Of a stretch of 64,000 bases of DNA, positions 19,113 through 29,039 are shown piece by piece. The first letter of the stretch is position 1. Each line of letters begins with the position of its first letter. Both the position numbers and the translations under genes were made by a program. The notes beneath the pieces are model-generated. The model saw only the letters and a program-made list of their open reading frames with translations. It ran no database searches and was not told the DNA's origin. Source of the stretch: Promethearchaeota archaeon (GTDB taxonomy: Archaea > Asgardarchaeota > Lokiarchaeia > Sigyniarchaeales > SOKP01); the NCBI GenBank assembly GCA_048937405.1, contig JBHLNF010000001.1, forward strand, positions 352,001 to 416,000. The letters run 5' to 3'.

Positions 19113-19394
19113 GTGTGTTCTTCTTTAAAAAAACAATTAAAATTAAATTTATGGGAGAGAAGTATGAAATATTATTGTCCACATTGTAAATCTGAAAGAG
19201 TTATTGAATATGGGAAATATTTTCAATGTGTAGAATGTAATTCAGAATTTTCTAAAGAATCTGTGGGAAATATTGAAGATACAAATATACTTTCCACTCA
19301 AGAATTAGATGGGTTTATCGATTCTTTTGAAGAATTAAAAGATAAGAAGCAAAGAGATGGGTTTTTGGAATCTCTTAAAGAGGATTTTCACTAA
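19113..19394 (+). CDS. Small Zn-ribbon protein (probable start 19164)
   Basis: YCPHCKS...FQCVECN; GGGAG upstream of MKYY. Confidence 0.7.
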   Translation: MCSSLKKQLKLNLWERSMKYYCPHCKSERVIEYGKYFQCVECNSEFSKESVGNIEDTNILSTQELDGFIDSFEELKDKKQRDGFLESLKEDFH

Positions 19395-19399
19395 ACCTT

Positions 19400-19526
19400 T
19401 TGTACTACAATTATTCTTCTAAATTTAAATTGTAGTACATCAAAAATATTCCTCTTTTCAATTGTATTACACTTAAATTTCATCTGTATTACAATGTATT
19501 ACAATTGAACTTTCTTCCTATGTAAC
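19400..19526. repeat. Second cluster of TGTAnTACA sites
   Basis: TGTACTACA 19401, TGTAGTACA 19431, TGTATTACA 19463, 19485, 19495; shares CCTTTTGTACTACAA and TTCCTATGTAA with the rep-upstream array. Confidence 0.8.
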
Positions 19527-19881
19527 AAGTATATTTAACGACAGTTAAGATGAAATGATATATTTAGGTTTTGGATTTTAAAGGTTGCTCCCCACCTAAA
19601 TCCTCATCAAATTCATCAAAACTCATTCAAAACACTTCTTTTTCTGTTATTTTTTATTTTATAATTTTTTCTTAATAAAAACACATAAAAAAGATATAAT
19701 AAAACCCTTTGGAATGATTTTGAAGTTTTTATTAGAATTGTTCAAAAAAGTAGTAAATTAAAAATCATAAGAAATTAGATTATAAATGGCATGAATGCCT
19801 AGTATTATTTATAATATATTGATTTAAAGAAGTTAAAAATTTACTAACCCATAAATGTCAAAACGATAAAAAAATAAGCCA

Positions 19882-20553
19882 ATGAGTTCTCTGGATAATG
19901 CAGAATCTGTTGTTCTTGAATTAGTAGAGGAATATTTGACAAAGAAAACCTTTTTTTCTTTAAGAGAAATTATCTCGTATATTAATAATAGAGTGAGATA
20001 TAAATCTAATATAAATGAGAATAGAATAGAATTAATCTTAAAGGATTTAATTAAACGACGTGTTATCATTCCTGGGACTAGATTAATGAAGAATAATATC
20101 ATAGAACATCCAAAAAGAAATGAAATTTTTAATTATATTAAAAAAAATCCATCAAATATCAATGAAATAATGAAAGCTTTGCATATTGGGAGTAACCAAG
20201 CTTTATGGCATTTATCATGCTTAGAAAAATTCCAATTTGTAAGGTCAAAGCAACTGAATAATCATAGAATTTTCTTCAAATTTGATTCAAATCCTAAATA
20301 TGACAAGCTATATTACTATTTAAAGAAGGATATAATTCAAAAAATAATCAATTTTATGAACCAAGAAAATAAAGGATTTAAAATTACAGAAATAGCATCT
20401 GGTTTGAAAAAGAATCACAATACGATTAAAAAATACTTAGATATCTTAACTAATCTAAAATTAGTGAAAATTGGAGGAGAGAGTAATAGAAAATTGTTTC
20501 AACTAAATAAAAAGAATTATGCAAAAGTTAGAAAATTAATTCAAGGTGTATGA
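19882..20553 (+). CDS. Tandem winged-helix transcription regulator
   Basis: HPKRNEIFNYIKKNP..INEI...ALWHLSCLEK and ITEIASGLKKNHNTIKKYLDIL. Confidence 0.8.
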   Translation: MSSLDNAESVVLELVEEYLTKKTFFSLREIISYINNRVRYKSNINENRIELILKDLIKRRVIIPGTRLMKNNIIEHPKRNEIFNYIKKNPSNINEIMKALHIGSNQALWHLSCLEKFQFVRSKQLNNHRIFFKFDSNPKYDKLYYYLKKDIIQKIINFMNQENKGFKITEIASGLKKNHNTIKKYLDILTNLKLVKIGGESNRKLFQLNKKNYAKVRKLIQGV

Positions 20554-20638
20554 ATATAAAAACTTCAAATTTATTCCAGTCCCATTTAAATTTTAATATG
20601 TATATTCTAATTTCAGAAAATGATCTAAACAAAAAATT

Positions 20639-21424
20639 ATGAGGAAAAATATTCGAATTATTAGTCTTGTTGCGCTCTATACTTTTTGTATTGCGATTTA
20701 TGCCTTTTTTATTTTATTTCGCATAGACAATTTTTCCTTATTTCTCATTTTCTCTATAGGTAGTGTTGCTGCACTGTCTAGTAGTACAGTATACACAGTT
20801 CTACATTCTAAAGGTAGTTGGGAAGCGAATATAAAGAAAAAAAAAAAATTACCTGAATCTAAATCAATTAAAATAAAACCAACAAATATGTTTGAAGATT
20901 ATATTAGTGCTATGCCTTCAATCGAAGAATATATTGAGTCAGAGGACTCTTATAAAGATAAATCAATAATAGATAAATACATCTTTTCAAAGTTTAGTCA
21001 AGAGGAAATAAACAATATAAATCTCCTAAATTTGTCAAATACAGATAAGATTCTTTTTATCCGAGAAATGCTATATTTTGATACTATTGAGAGAAAATCA
21101 TTAATCGAAAATATGTTGAGAAATCAAGATAAATATGATGAAGAAATAACTTATACAGCAAACTTAAACATAATAAATATTGAGGATCAAATTCGAGTTT
21201 ATATTAGATCGCTAGTTGAACCCGGTGAAAAAACAAAAATAATGATAATTGATACTAGTGAACTGGTAGGGATAATCAAAGAGGAAATTGGCAGATTATA
21301 TGATTATGATTTAAAAGCTTTTCTGCTATCTTCAGGAGGTGTGCTGTTAGATGAAAATTTACTTATCAGAGATTGTAATATTGATGATGATGATGAAATT
21401 GCGTTAATCCCCTCAAGAAAATAA
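20639..21424 (+). CDS. Membrane-anchored protein with C-terminal ubiquitin-like domain
   Basis: Two N-terminal TMs; C-terminal beta-grasp pattern ...VGIIKEEIG...LSSGGVLLDE...DCNIDDDDEIALIP; no terminal Gly. Confidence 0.75.
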   Translation: MRKNIRIISLVALYTFCIAIYAFFILFRIDNFSLFLIFSIGSVAALSSSTVYTVLHSKGSWEANIKKKKKLPESKSIKIKPTNMFEDYISAMPSIEEYIESEDSYKDKSIIDKYIFSKFSQEEINNINLLNLSNTDKILFIREMLYFDTIERKSLIENMLRNQDKYDEEITYTANLNIINIEDQIRVYIRSLVEPGEKTKIMIIDTSELVGIIKEEIGRLYDYDLKAFLLSSGGVLLDENLLIRDCNIDDDDEIALIPSRK

Positions 21425-21481
21425 AAAAGTTAAAAATAAAACTAGGTTGTCTTATAATTGGTTGCTTTTTCTAAATATGAA

Positions 21482-21895
21482 TCAACCGGCTGTACTCGCC
21501 GGAATTAATAGTATATCGTCGCCATCATTAAGATTATAATCCAATAAAAGTGAATCCTCATCCATAGTAACCCCACCTGATGATAAATGAAAATCAGCTG
21601 GATCTAATCCAAATAAATTTGCAACCGTTTCTTTGATATCTCCCACATTATTACCTGTATTTACGTTTAATTTTTGTTTTTTTTCACCTGGACCTATGGT
21701 TGACATAAAGTATATTGAAATTCTTTTCCCTTCTGATATTACTCTTGTATCAGGAGTTTTGGATTCAATCACTTCTTCCGAACGTATTGAACTAGTATCT
21801 TCAACGTCATCATCTAAATTTTCGTCCAAATTTTCATCTAAATCGTCATCCAATTCCTCATCTAAATTTTCATCAAAATCCTCATCAAATTCCAT
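21482..21895 (-). CDS. Ubiquitin-like protein with acidic N-terminal extension
   Basis: VGDIKETVA...LSSGGVTMDEDSLLLDYNLNDGDDILLIPASTAG; ends in Gly; acidic 4-aa repeats at N-terminus. Confidence 0.8.
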   Translation of the reverse strand: MEFDEDFDENLDEELDDDLDENLDENLDDDVEDTSSIRSEEVIESKTPDTRVISEGKRISIYFMSTIGPGEKKQKLNVNTGNNVGDIKETVANLFGLDPADFHLSSGGVTMDEDSLLLDYNLNDGDDILLIPASTAG

Positions 21896-22110
21896 ATATT
21901 CAACACCTAATTCATTTTTAATTTATTAAGTATAGTGAAAATTTTATCAGTTTTTTGTGTTTGCTTTATGAAAATTATAGAAGTTATAATTAATATATAA
22001 ATCGATTCTAAATATAAACAAATTGAAGTAATAGAAATTCAGATTGCAAACACTTTAGAGTAAGAATTTATATAATTTTATTAAAAGATATCATAACTTG
22101 TGAAAATGCC

Positions 22111-23247
22111 ATGAATGACGAGTCTATTCCCAAATATCAAATTCGAGAAAAAACACCTGAAGAGGAAATTGAATCATCTTTTGATAAGAAGATGTATAAA
22201 AAAATTAAAAAAGAAAGAATTAAGTTAGATAAAGAAAAAGGTGAATGGGAAAAAATTATTAAACAAATTCAAGATTATAAGGATAATATCGAAGATCTTG
22301 AAAAAAAAAGAAAAGAAAAAGAAATTGAAGTCAAAAACCTTCTTGAAAAACGTGATATTTTACAGGATGAATTAAAAAAAGCAAAGAATCAAGTTGAACA
22401 ACACAAAAACCAATTTGCTATCAAAGAAAGAGAATTCAGAGATAAGATTAGGCAGAAAAATGACGAATTAGACCAAAAGAATGCTGAATTAGAAAGATAT
22501 CGTGATAAATTAGATAAAATCAAGGAAGATATTGGGAATGAGAAAAGAATCTTAGATAAAGAAAAATTTAGAGCAGAAGGCCGTATTAAGGAAATAAAAA
22601 CAAAACTTCCAGGGATGGAAAGAAGAGAAGAGACTTTAAATAGGAATATCAATGATTTAGAGGATAAGTTAACGGATTTAAGAAATCAAATTAAAGATTT
22701 AACTAAAGAAAGAGATAATTTAGATAGAAATGTAAATAGTTTAAAAAGGGAAATAACTGATGAAAAAAATAGAATTTCTGATGAAAAGAGAAAACTTAAG
22801 GATGAAAGAGAAAAAACTCGTTATAAAAAGCAGGAACTAGATCTAAAAACACGTGATATAGATAAGAAAAAGGATAATCTCAAAAAGATCAAAGAAAAGA
22901 CTGAAAGAGATTTGAATGATTTAGAAAAAAGAAGACGACAAAATGAAGCAAGATTAAAAGACTTGCAGAGAAAAATTAATTCAGCAGAGAACAAATTTGA
23001 TTCACTAAATCGTAAAATTCCAAGTTTAGAGGATAAATTTAATAGATTAAATAACGATTATAGAAAACTAGAAAAAGAAAAGAATAGATTAGATAATGAG
23101 AAAAGTCTCATTAGCCGTGAAAGAGATAAATTAGAAAAAGATAAACAAAGATTTCTTAATGAAAAAAGAGATTTTGAAAGAGAATTAAGAAAGGCTAAAA
23201 CTATTCCAAAACATAAAATTAAATCAAAAACTCCTTCAAGATATTAA
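22111..23247 (+). CDS. Long coiled-coil protein
   Basis: About 330 aa of E/K/R/L/D heptads, no ATPase motif or TM. Confidence 0.8.
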   Translation: MNDESIPKYQIREKTPEEEIESSFDKKMYKKIKKERIKLDKEKGEWEKIIKQIQDYKDNIEDLEKKRKEKEIEVKNLLEKRDILQDELKKAKNQVEQHKNQFAIKEREFRDKIRQKNDELDQKNAELERYRDKLDKIKEDIGNEKRILDKEKFRAEGRIKEIKTKLPGMERREETLNRNINDLEDKLTDLRNQIKDLTKERDNLDRNVNSLKREITDEKNRISDEKRKLKDEREKTRYKKQELDLKTRDIDKKKDNLKKIKEKTERDLNDLEKRRRQNEARLKDLQRKINSAENKFDSLNRKIPSLEDKFNRLNNDYRKLEKEKNRLDNEKSLISRERDKLEKDKQRFLNEKRDFERELRKAKTIPKHKIKSKTPSRY

Positions 23248-23249
23248 TT

Positions 23250-24308
23250 GTGTATATTGAAAACTCTATGAAGATAATTGAAGGCATTGAAGGAGATTAT
23301 ATAGAAACAAAAGAAGATAACTTATTTTTTGATATAAAAGGTTTAACTCACCCAAATAATTTTAAGATTTGCTTTTTAAGATTTTTTCCTCATACAGATG
23401 GTGAACGTATAAAAAATAATATACACTTCAAAAAAGTATATGATTTGAATGAAAGATTTACTATTTTGCGAGAAAAATACCCTAAATATCTCCATTTTTC
23501 AAATCAACTTGACTTAGAAGTGCAAGGAGTTGAAACTAAGGATATAGCTAAAATTTATACACCAAGAGCTTTTTATAGGAGATTAACAAGAGAAAATAAC
23601 CTATCAGCTCTAGAAAAATATTCCAAGGATTTATGTGATTTATTTATTTCAGAAGGGAATCTTGATGAAAATTCCATAGGAATTTCTGGTTCAACAATGA
23701 TAAGATTAGATACTGAGGATTCAGACATCGATATAGTGATATATGGTACCGAAATTAGTTTAGAATTTCAAAAGAAATTAAAAGAAATATTTGAAAGAAC
23801 AAATAGATTACGAAAATATAATATTGACGAATATAAATCTCATTATAGTTGGCGTGTGGGTGGTTCAGATATCCAATTTCAGGATTTTTTAAAAAGTGAA
23901 AAAAGAAAGCAACATCAAGGTAAATTTGGAAACTACGATTTTTTTATTCGATATATTAAAAGCCCTAAAGATTGGAATGGGAATTTTTATGATTACAAAT
24001 ATAGTAACTGTGGAAGAATTAAATTAAAAGCAGAGATCATAGATTCTGAAAATTCAATTTTTACGCCTTGTTCATATAAAATAAATCCTGAAAAAATTAT
24101 TGAAAGAAGTGCTATATCAAAAAATGTCAAGATAAGAGAAATAAATGAAATTAATTCATTTAGAGGTCGTTTTTGTGAGCAAGCTCAAGAAGGAGAAAGA
24201 GTTATGGTTGAAGGAAAATTGGAAAAAGTTAATTTTAAGAATGCAATAGAGTATTATCGAATATTATTAACTGATCAAAAAAAAGATAAATTGCTTATTT
24301 TAAATTGA
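23250..24308 (+). CDS. Archaeal predicted nucleotidyltransferase (COG1665-like)
   Basis: GISGS...SDIDIVIYG, EGDYIET...F.IKG..HP, SFRGRFCEQA..GE. Confidence 0.8.
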   Translation: MYIENSMKIIEGIEGDYIETKEDNLFFDIKGLTHPNNFKICFLRFFPHTDGERIKNNIHFKKVYDLNERFTILREKYPKYLHFSNQLDLEVQGVETKDIAKIYTPRAFYRRLTRENNLSALEKYSKDLCDLFISEGNLDENSIGISGSTMIRLDTEDSDIDIVIYGTEISLEFQKKLKEIFERTNRLRKYNIDEYKSHYSWRVGGSDIQFQDFLKSEKRKQHQGKFGNYDFFIRYIKSPKDWNGNFYDYKYSNCGRIKLKAEIIDSENSIFTPCSYKINPEKIIERSAISKNVKIREINEINSFRGRFCEQAQEGERVMVEGKLEKVNFKNAIEYYRILLTDQKKDKLLILN

Positions 24309-24343
24309 TTATAAATGATTAATGTGTTATTAAAATCTTTTTA

Positions 24344-25678
24344 TTGAATTATGATTTTTTATATCTGATGGATATTTTTAACGCTGATCTTCATATTCAT
24401 AGTCCTCATTCAATTGCAGTATCGAAATCATTGAATTTAGATACAATGTTGGAAACTTGCAGGAAAAAAGGTTTAAATATTTTAGGGACGGGTGATATTT
24501 TACAACCAGAATGGTTTAAATATATGGAAAATAATTTAGAAAAGCAAAAAGATGGTTCCTATTCATATAAAGACATTTTTTTTATCCTTCAAACAGAAAT
24601 TGAAGATTTAGAAAATATTCATCATGTAGTTATGTTTCCTGATTTCAATTCGGTTAAAGAAATTCAGAATAAATTGAAAAAATATTCTAAAAATATATTT
24701 GATGAATGGGGTGGAAGACCTAGAGTGAATTTATCACCTCCTGCTTTAGTTGAAGAAATATCGGATTCTGGAGGTATAGTTGGTCCAGCCCATGCATTTA
24801 CTCCTTTTAAAGCGATTTTCCGACAAGGAAAATTTAAGTCTCTTGAAGATTGTTATGAGGGAGCAGTTAAAAAAGTAAGTTTTATTGAATTAGGGCTTTC
24901 TGCTAATACAGATTTAGCAGACCGACTAGAATCACTAAAAAATGTTACTTTTCTAAGTAATAGCGACGCTCATTCACAAGATCCACGTTCTTTAGGAAGA
25001 GAATTTAACAAATTTGAAATTGAAAATCCTTCTTTTGATGAAGTTTTATCAGCCTTAAACAGAAAAAATGGAAGAAAAGTTAATCTTAATATCGGTTTAA
25101 ACCCAAAGCTAGGAAAATATTACACTATGTTTTGTAATAAATGTAGAAGAAGGATTTTATTTAAGAATGTAAAGAAAAAAGGAAATTCAATCTTTAGTCA
25201 ATACTCAGTTACAGAGAATTTTGTTATATACTATTCTAACGATCCTATTTCTTCAAGATTAGATTATCTAGAACAAGTTTCTAAAAATAAATTGAATTGT
25301 CCAGCATGTAAAGAGGAATTAAATAAAAATTTCAAAGTTAAATTAGGAGTAAGTGAAAGGATTGAAAAAATTTCGACGTTTTCAGAACCTAATCATCCAG
25401 ATCATAGACCTCCCTATGTCAATGCCGTGCCATTAATTGATATTATTAGATCTATAAAAGCTATTAAAAGTACAAATAGTAAAACAGTTTTAAATCAATA
25501 TAATAAGATAATTCAAGAACTTGGCACAGAATTTGAAATTTTAATAGATATATCGATCAATAAGATTGAAGATTTTGATCATAATATAGCTTTAGTTGTA
25601 CAAGCTCTTAGGAATAATGAAATCGAATATACTCCAGGAGGGGGAGGTACATATGGTCAAATTAATTTACAAATATAG
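24344..25678 (+). CDS. PHP-domain endonuclease Q (TIGR00375-like)
   Basis: ADLHIHSPHS, GPAHAFTP, ELGLSA, SNSDAHS, LGREFN, GKYY..C..C, GV.ERI, PGGGGTYG. Confidence 0.85.
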   Translation: MNYDFLYLMDIFNADLHIHSPHSIAVSKSLNLDTMLETCRKKGLNILGTGDILQPEWFKYMENNLEKQKDGSYSYKDIFFILQTEIEDLENIHHVVMFPDFNSVKEIQNKLKKYSKNIFDEWGGRPRVNLSPPALVEEISDSGGIVGPAHAFTPFKAIFRQGKFKSLEDCYEGAVKKVSFIELGLSANTDLADRLESLKNVTFLSNSDAHSQDPRSLGREFNKFEIENPSFDEVLSALNRKNGRKVNLNIGLNPKLGKYYTMFCNKCRRRILFKNVKKKGNSIFSQYSVTENFVIYYSNDPISSRLDYLEQVSKNKLNCPACKEELNKNFKVKLGVSERIEKISTFSEPNHPDHRPPYVNAVPLIDIIRSIKAIKSTNSKTVLNQYNKIIQELGTEFEILIDISINKIEDFDHNIALVVQALRNNEIEYTPGGGGTYGQINLQI

Positions 25679-25758
25679 AAATAAGCAAAATTAATATTAG
25701 ATAAGACTTTCATTATATACTGCTTAGAATAGAGGGTATAAGACAAATTATTAATGAT

Positions 25759-25998
25759 TCAAATCGAGAATTCCAAATCAAGTTTTAAGAGTTCACCGCA
25801 TTTATTGCAAGTTAACCAATCGAAGACTTTGAACGAAACCACCATCATCTCCATTTCCTTCCTTAGAAATTGATTTTTAAACTTTTTTTTGTAGTCACCA
25901 TTTGGACAAGTAATTATTGCTCTGACCTTTATTAGATCATTACTCCTTGAGTTTTCTAGAGACTCTTCGCTACCAGATTTTGTGTTATCAATTTCCAT
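25759..25998 (-). CDS. Small Zn-binding protein
   Basis: CPNGD...CNKCGE. Confidence 0.6.
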   Translation of the reverse strand: MEIDNTKSGSEESLENSRSNDLIKVRAIITCPNGDYKKKFKNQFLRKEMEMMVVSFKVFDWLTCNKCGELLKLDLEFSI

Positions 25999-26223
25999 AT
26001 TTAATCTTACCCCTAAAACATGATTAACATGATAACAAAGACTTATAAATTTTATTCAAATAATCTTTGTCTTTTATTTCAGATGAAAAAACAGATTGAA
26101 ACATAATATTATTTTACAAATTTACGGAGTAATATTTCACTGATAATATCTTCATATTACTGTTCTTATTATTTAATCAATATTATCTTTATATTATACT
26201 GATATTTTTCTTGATGATATAGC

Positions 26224-27369
26224 ATGAGTGTGGATGATATTTTAGAATTGGCTAAAAAACGATCTTCGGTAAGAGATAGATTTAATCAAATAGCACAACA
26301 TAACCAGAATCCCAATGTTAATCCTAATTGTGATGATGATAAATATTTAGCAGATCTTTTAAAGGTTTTAAAAATCAAAACATACGTGGTTGGCGTTGGC
26401 GGAGCTGGTAATAATACAGTCTCACGATTAGAAGATATGGGGATTAACCATGCGGAATCTGTTGTAATTAATACTGATGCCCATGATTTATATTATTCCA
26501 ATTCGAAACATAAAATACTTATTGGAAAAGAACGATGCAATGGGTTAGGTTCTGGAAATGACCCTCGAGTAGGGGCTGAAGCTGCAGAAGAAGACCGTGA
26601 GCGGTTAAATCAGTCATTAAACGCTGATATTGTCTTTCTAACGTGTGGTTTAGGTGGTGGTACAGGTACAGGAGCGGCTCCTATTGTAGCAGAAGAAGCA
26701 AAAAAGAATAATGCTATAGTTGTTACTTTTTGTTCACTCCCGTTTACATCTGAAGGGAAACAGAGATTAGAAAGAGCAAAATTAGGTTTAAAGAACCTAG
26801 CAAAATATTCTGATTTTCTTATTCCAATTCCAAATGACAACTTATTAGGAATTGTGGGAAAAATCCCCATGATTACTGGGTTTAAAATCATGGACGAAGT
26901 ATTAATAAGAAATATAGGTGAAGTTGTAAATTTGATTAATAACTGCGGGTTAGTTAATATCGATTTTGCTGATGTAAAAAAGACTCTTCTGGAAAATCCT
27001 GCTGGAAAATATCCCTCGGGATTAGTTGGTATAGCGGAATGTATAGGAGATGAGGCAGATCTAGTTGATAAAGCAAGATTAGCTTTGAACAATCCTCTTT
27101 TACAACCAGATCCAAATCAAGTAAATAGATGCTTAGTATCAGTTACAGGAGATCATACTTTGACATTATCCAAGGTAGATAAGGTAATTTCTACAATTTC
27201 AAATGAAATTCCAGAAGTAGCTCAATTAAAATTTGGAGTTCAAAATAATCCAGATATGGGATCTAAAATAAAAATTATGGTCTTAGCAAATGGTCCGGTA
27301 TCGCCCTATGTGCGAGATGCTGTAGATTCAGATATTAGTTTTGCGCAACCAAATATTGTCGGATTCTAA
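26224..27369 (+). CDS. ftsZ: Cell division GTPase FtsZ
   Basis: GVGGAGNN, NTD, GLGSGNDP, GLGGGTGTG, PFTSEG..R, IPNDNLL, T7 loop NIDFADV. Confidence 0.95.
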   Translation: MSVDDILELAKKRSSVRDRFNQIAQHNQNPNVNPNCDDDKYLADLLKVLKIKTYVVGVGGAGNNTVSRLEDMGINHAESVVINTDAHDLYYSNSKHKILIGKERCNGLGSGNDPRVGAEAAEEDRERLNQSLNADIVFLTCGLGGGTGTGAAPIVAEEAKKNNAIVVTFCSLPFTSEGKQRLERAKLGLKNLAKYSDFLIPIPNDNLLGIVGKIPMITGFKIMDEVLIRNIGEVVNLINNCGLVNIDFADVKKTLLENPAGKYPSGLVGIAECIGDEADLVDKARLALNNPLLQPDPNQVNRCLVSVTGDHTLTLSKVDKVISTISNEIPEVAQLKFGVQNNPDMGSKIKIMVLANGPVSPYVRDAVDSDISFAQPNIVGF

Positions 27370-27465
27370 AAAAATATTGGAATATTTTTCTATTTTTTAT
27401 AAATTTATCAACATTTATTCATTTTTATCAGTATGTAAAATTAGATTAAATCGGAATTTCTAAAA

Positions 27466-27912
27466 ATGAATAATCAAGATATGCCTAAAGAAGAACTTAA
27501 AAGAGAAATCCGTAATTTTTTGGATGAAAGGAAAGTATTGGTTCTCTGTACATGTCATAATAATATTCCTCGTGCTACTCCAATGGACTTTTATACTGAA
27601 AAACATAGTTTTAACATTTATGTTGGTCCGACTCCTGGAAGGAAAGTTAAAAATATCCAAGCTAATCCAATTGTGAGTATAGGTATATATACTCCTATGT
27701 CTGAAGGAAAAATTCAAGGTATGCAAATTACAGCCGAAGGTAAAGATAATTTGATTTTTTTAAAAGAAGGAGATGCAGAATTTGAAAAAGCACAAAAAAT
27801 AGTTCGGGGAAAAAGAAAACTAATTTTAAAATTAATACCTGAAAAAATTGAATTACTTGATTATAATTTCATTAATAGGGGATATGCTCGTCTGCAATGT
27901 TTAGATTTATAA
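27466..27912 (+). CDS. Pyridoxamine 5'-phosphate oxidase-like flavin-binding protein
   Basis: VLCT...PRATPM...RKVKNIQANP.VS. Confidence 0.8.
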   Translation: MNNQDMPKEELKREIRNFLDERKVLVLCTCHNNIPRATPMDFYTEKHSFNIYVGPTPGRKVKNIQANPIVSIGIYTPMSEGKIQGMQITAEGKDNLIFLKEGDAEFEKAQKIVRGKRKLILKLIPEKIELLDYNFINRGYARLQCLDL

Positions 27913-28106
27913 TTAAAAAATTCCTCAAATTAAATTATAGATTAGCTGAAATTAAAGAATTCTAAAGTTAAAGCATTTCCTACTATTTACAGAAAAAATT
28001 CAATCTTCTCGAGTAAAAAAAAACTTAAAATCTCTAAAATTTATTTTTATTATTAATAAAAACAAGTAATTATTTTGCTGAAATACTCATTAAAAGGATA
28101 ATTATT

Positions 28107-29039
28107 ATGGATTATACAATACTAGGACGTACTGGGTTAAAAGTAAGTGAAATGGGTATGGGATGTGGGGGTCCAAGTCGCATAGGTCAGAATACAGGAA
28201 AGAGTGAAGAAGTATCTATTTCTCTAGTTAAACATGCTTTGGAGTCTGGGATAAATTTCATTGACACAGCTGAAGTATACAAAACTGAGAAAATTGTTGG
28301 TCAAGCTATTAAAGTTATAGATCGTAAATCTCTCGTGATTTCAACTAAAAAATCAACATGGGGTAATTTAACACCAAAAAATGTACAAAAAAGCATTGAA
28401 AGGAGTCTTAAGAATCTTGGTACAGATTATATTGATATATATCACCTCCATGGAGTAATTTTGCAAGATTATAATTATTTAGTTTCAGAAATTGTTCCAA
28501 CAATTCTAGAATTGCGGGATCAGGATAAAATACGATTTATAGGGATTACAGAAAGGTTTAATCACGATCCACAGCATAAAATGTTACAACGAGCATTGCA
28601 AGATGATATTTGGGATGTAATGATGGTTGGTTTTAATATTTTAAACCAATCTGCTCGTGAACGTGTTCTAGCAAGAGCAATAGAAAAAAACATAGGGATT
28701 TTGGTTATGTTTGCTGTTCGTCTGGCACTTAGTAGACCTAAACGACTTAGAGGGTGTATAGAGGATTTAATTAAAAATAAGCAGGTAAAATCTACTGATA
28801 TCGACAGAAATACACTCCTAGATTTTCTCATTCATGAAAATGGAGCCAAAAATTTAGTTGATGCTGCTTATCGTTTCTGTCGTTATGAACCAGGAACCCA
28901 TGTCATTCTTTCTGGAACTGGAAATCTTGATCATTTAAAGGCAAATATTGAATCCTTTTCGAGACCAGCGCTTCCACAGGAAGATATAACTAAACTTCAG
29001 AAAATATTCCAGAATGTTGATTCAATTTCTGGTCAATAG
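28107..29039 (+). CDS. Aldo/keto reductase
   Basis: LGRTGLKVSEMGMG, GINFIDTAEVY, ISTK, SLKNLGTDYIDIYHLH. Confidence 0.92.
   Translation: MDYTILGRTGLKVSEMGMGCGGPSRIGQNTGKSEEVSISLVKHALESGINFIDTAEVYKTEKIVGQAIKVIDRKSLVISTKKSTWGNLTPKNVQKSIERSLKNLGTDYIDIYHLHGVILQDYNYLVSEIVPTILELRDQDKIRFIGITERFNHDPQHKMLQRALQDDIWDVMMVGFNILNQSARERVLARAIEKNIGILVMFAVRLALSRPKRLRGCIEDLIKNKQVKSTDIDRNTLLDFLIHENGAKNLVDAAYRFCRYEPGTHVILSGTGNLDHLKANIESFSRPALPQEDITKLQKIFQNVDSISGQ

Noticed and set aside
22111-23247. SMC/Rad50 or myosin call
   Set aside because: No Walker motifs, hinge, Zn hook or motor domain.
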